Assembly (NCBI RefSeq): GCF_035084215.1
Contig: NC_090352.1
Location: 28,830,001 to 28,894,000, forward strand
Direction: 5' to 3'
Length of the DNA: 64,000 nt
Source: Heptranchias perlo
Lineage: Eukaryota
Positions 61,473 to 64,000 of this stretch are shown here, piece by piece. Within the stretch, counting starts at the first letter, position 1. Every line of letters begins with the position of its first letter. The notes under the pieces are model-generated. The model made no database searches and was not told the origin of the DNA. It was given only the letters and a program-made list of their open reading frames with translations. The translations under genes and the position numbers were made by a program.

Positions 61473-63947
61473 CTTTAAATGTTCTGCATTCTTGAAATCA
61501 ATACCTAGATCAGGTACCTAGTCAGACTGCCTCTCATTCTTTTTTTAAAGTGTTTAAGACAACAAAGTCTAATTGCTAAGTAGAAAGAGGGTTAGGTGAA
61601 TGAGAATGTAATTGTTGTTTGATCAGGGAACTTTGCCAATGGATAGTACTCATGCGTTTCTGGTCAGAAGCTGAAGCAGGCAGTGTTATTTTTTTGTTCT
61701 TGGGATGTGGATGACACTAAGGAGGCAGTACTTATTGCCCACCTCTAGTTGGCAGACCGGGCAATGCAGGCAAGTCCCTCCCTGAAGGACATTAGAAAAC
61801 TAGTTGGGCTTTTACGACAATTCAGCAGCTTTTATGGTCATTTTCTGACGTCAGCCCACAAATTGACTTCAGTTTCACAACTTGCCATGGTGGAATTTGA
61901 ACTCACGATCTCTAGGTTACTAGTCCAGTATCATAGGCACGAAGCTACTGTACCCTAAAGTCGTTGGTTTTCTCTTTTTAAGACTGTTTTGCATCTATAA
62001 CAAAGTGCGATATCTAAGCAAATGGACATTCTGTTCTTAATATATCACGAGTGTATCTCCTGTATCGCTGATCATGGTAAATCAGAGCATTATTGTACTG
62101 TGTAAAATACAAAGCATCATTCTGCTGCTAGAGGATAGCTGTGCCCCCATCTTAAGGCTACAAAATCTAATTGATGTTAGTAAACATGGAGTTATACTCA
62201 TTCAAAGGTTAATTGCTGGAGATCAGAACACTGGCTTTGATTGTGGGAATATCAATTAAGACCCTGCAGACATTACAGTTCTGGTATTTGTGTTATTAAA
62301 GAGTTTTTCGTGTATTGCAAACACCAGCTTTTATATATATTTTTAAGTGTGACAGCAAAATTTGGCATTAGACAGTGTGCAACATCAGAAGTGTGATGAA
62401 CAAGAGTGGGCAATTAAGCAAAGTTTTTATATTATGGATGAGAGAAAGGCAAAATCCTGACGAGTGATTGAGTATTTTCATTACGTTGTAGGAGGCAGTA
62501 CAACAGGACGCAGCCACTGAAAGCTGCAACAAAAGCTTTCTCATGAAATTTCCCCCAAGAGCTTAGAGAACGTGGCAGCGACAATAAGTGAGTTACAAGC
62601 AATGATAATGAGCAAGAGTTATAGAGTCAAGAGAAAGTACATAAAGCTTCTCCGCCAATACTCCATTATTGTAAAAGCCAATTTTCAAATCAGAATCTTT
62701 ATACTAGTCCTCAGGTTCCATTTAGTAAGCAATGTTCATTTTCCCCTCAACCCCCCAAATTTACTCCTCCATAACACAGCCATGCTCTTCTCCCTGCCCC
62801 TACCCACCCCCCACTTTCTTTCCTCCACTCCTGAAAGTGCTGACTCATACCAGGTACCGTCCTGCAGGTGGAAATAGCCCTCCAATACCTCACCTAAGTA
62901 ACCATTCTTCACTCAAGGTAGCAAGTTCCAGTGGGCTATCTGACCATATTAGGCATCACTGCCAAGCTTTAGCTGGTCACCATCCAATGTCCACACACAT
63001 ACACTTTCCAGTAAGGGACATCAGATAGCAATCAGTAAGAGGAACCCTAGCTGATTTAACACACCAGAGCACAAGGGCATTAAAGCCAATTGCAGTGCCC
63101 TAACTAATGCCCTGTGTGAGATCAATGCTCTTCTGTTTTAATAGGAGGACAGACAGTGTTACTACATGGTTCAGCTAATACGAGGAGCACTTAATACAGT
63201 GCCAAAATTGAATGTGTTATTGATTTTTGCTACAGAAAAGGATACCCTGCAAACAGAGGTGTAGTATACACTGTGGTTGGTAGATTCATTTGTGAAATAC
63301 TACTGGAATTTAAAACCATTGATTCCTGCAGTGCAAAGCAATTATCTCAATTGCTGCATCAGATTATTTGCATCTCCTTATTTTTAAAAACTGCTTTAAA
63401 TCAGAGCACACGATAGTGTATAAATGTTACTGCATATCATACTGCAGTTTTACTGCATATTATCTCGCTGCAGTTTTACCATCCTGTTCTCAGTTCTATT
63501 TTAGAACCATCAAAAATCATTTGTATTCTGTTTCATTGAGCTTTGCCACATACTGAATAATATGAATTATTGACTTAGAATTACATTTCTGCATTCCTGT
63601 TTCAAGGAAGGTGTCTAGCTTTATCACATAGAGTGGCTAATGTGTAAAATAAGCTACCTCAAAGGAGAGGTGAAAGCAGAGAATATTATCAATTTCTAAC
63701 AAGTGATGGATTTTTTGTGTAGACACGGCTATTGAAAGGTATTGCAGATAAAGTATGGTATGAAATCTGTGAATTTTGAGTCTGGCCCAATGATGGAAAT
63801 ATTCTTAATCAGTCCTGTACAGTGCACTGTTGCTATGGATATTGGGACATGTGGCGGGATTGGGGGAAGGGGGGGGGGGGGGAAGTGGAAGAGGAGAAAG
63901 AGCAAGATGTGGGTTATTTAAGTGTATCTAGTGAGGATTTTTTTTAC

Positions 63948-64000
63948 AATTATTCATTCGTGGGATGTGGGCATCGCTGGCAAGGCCAGCATTTATTGCC
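63948..64000 (-). mobile_element. 3' end of the same LINE family, cut by the window edge
   Basis: ttcattcgtgggatgtgggcatcgctggcaaggccagcatttattgcc is the reverse complement of the tail at about 30624-30670. Confidence 0.8.

Noticed and set aside
59948-64000. Further upstream NEK8 exon
   Set aside because: No RCC1-like frame with splice sites was recognised.

Overview
Vertebrate genomic DNA, almost certainly a cartilaginous fish (shark-like), judged from its repeat families. It is mostly intronic or intergenic. Two genes lie on the minus strand in the NEK8-then-TRAF4 order known from human. NEK8 contributes two clear RCC1-domain exons (59789-59947 and 56613-56771) and a probable 29-nt terminal coding exon (48820-48848). 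TRAF4 contributes its first coding exon (RING finger, 27790-27932) inside a CpG-rich promoter region; its intron 1 seems to run off the left edge. Between the genes is a near full-length but frameshifted CR1 LINE with an esterase ORF1 and APE-RT ORF2. The window also has many Deu-domain SINEs, a second tRNA-headed SINE family, CR1/L2 3' fragments and Penelope-like element (PLE) remnants. The most notable signal is a set of short insertions, most flanked by target-site duplications and some folding back on themselves, that carry minimal hammerhead-ribozyme motifs. These fall into two families with compensatory stem changes, plus one orphan motif, and several are sense-oriented in TRAF4/NEK8 introns. 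PLE hammerheads are a known class, so novelty here is plausible only at the family or locus level. Most ORFs in the supplied track are spurious. Repeat boundaries were read by eye and are approximate.
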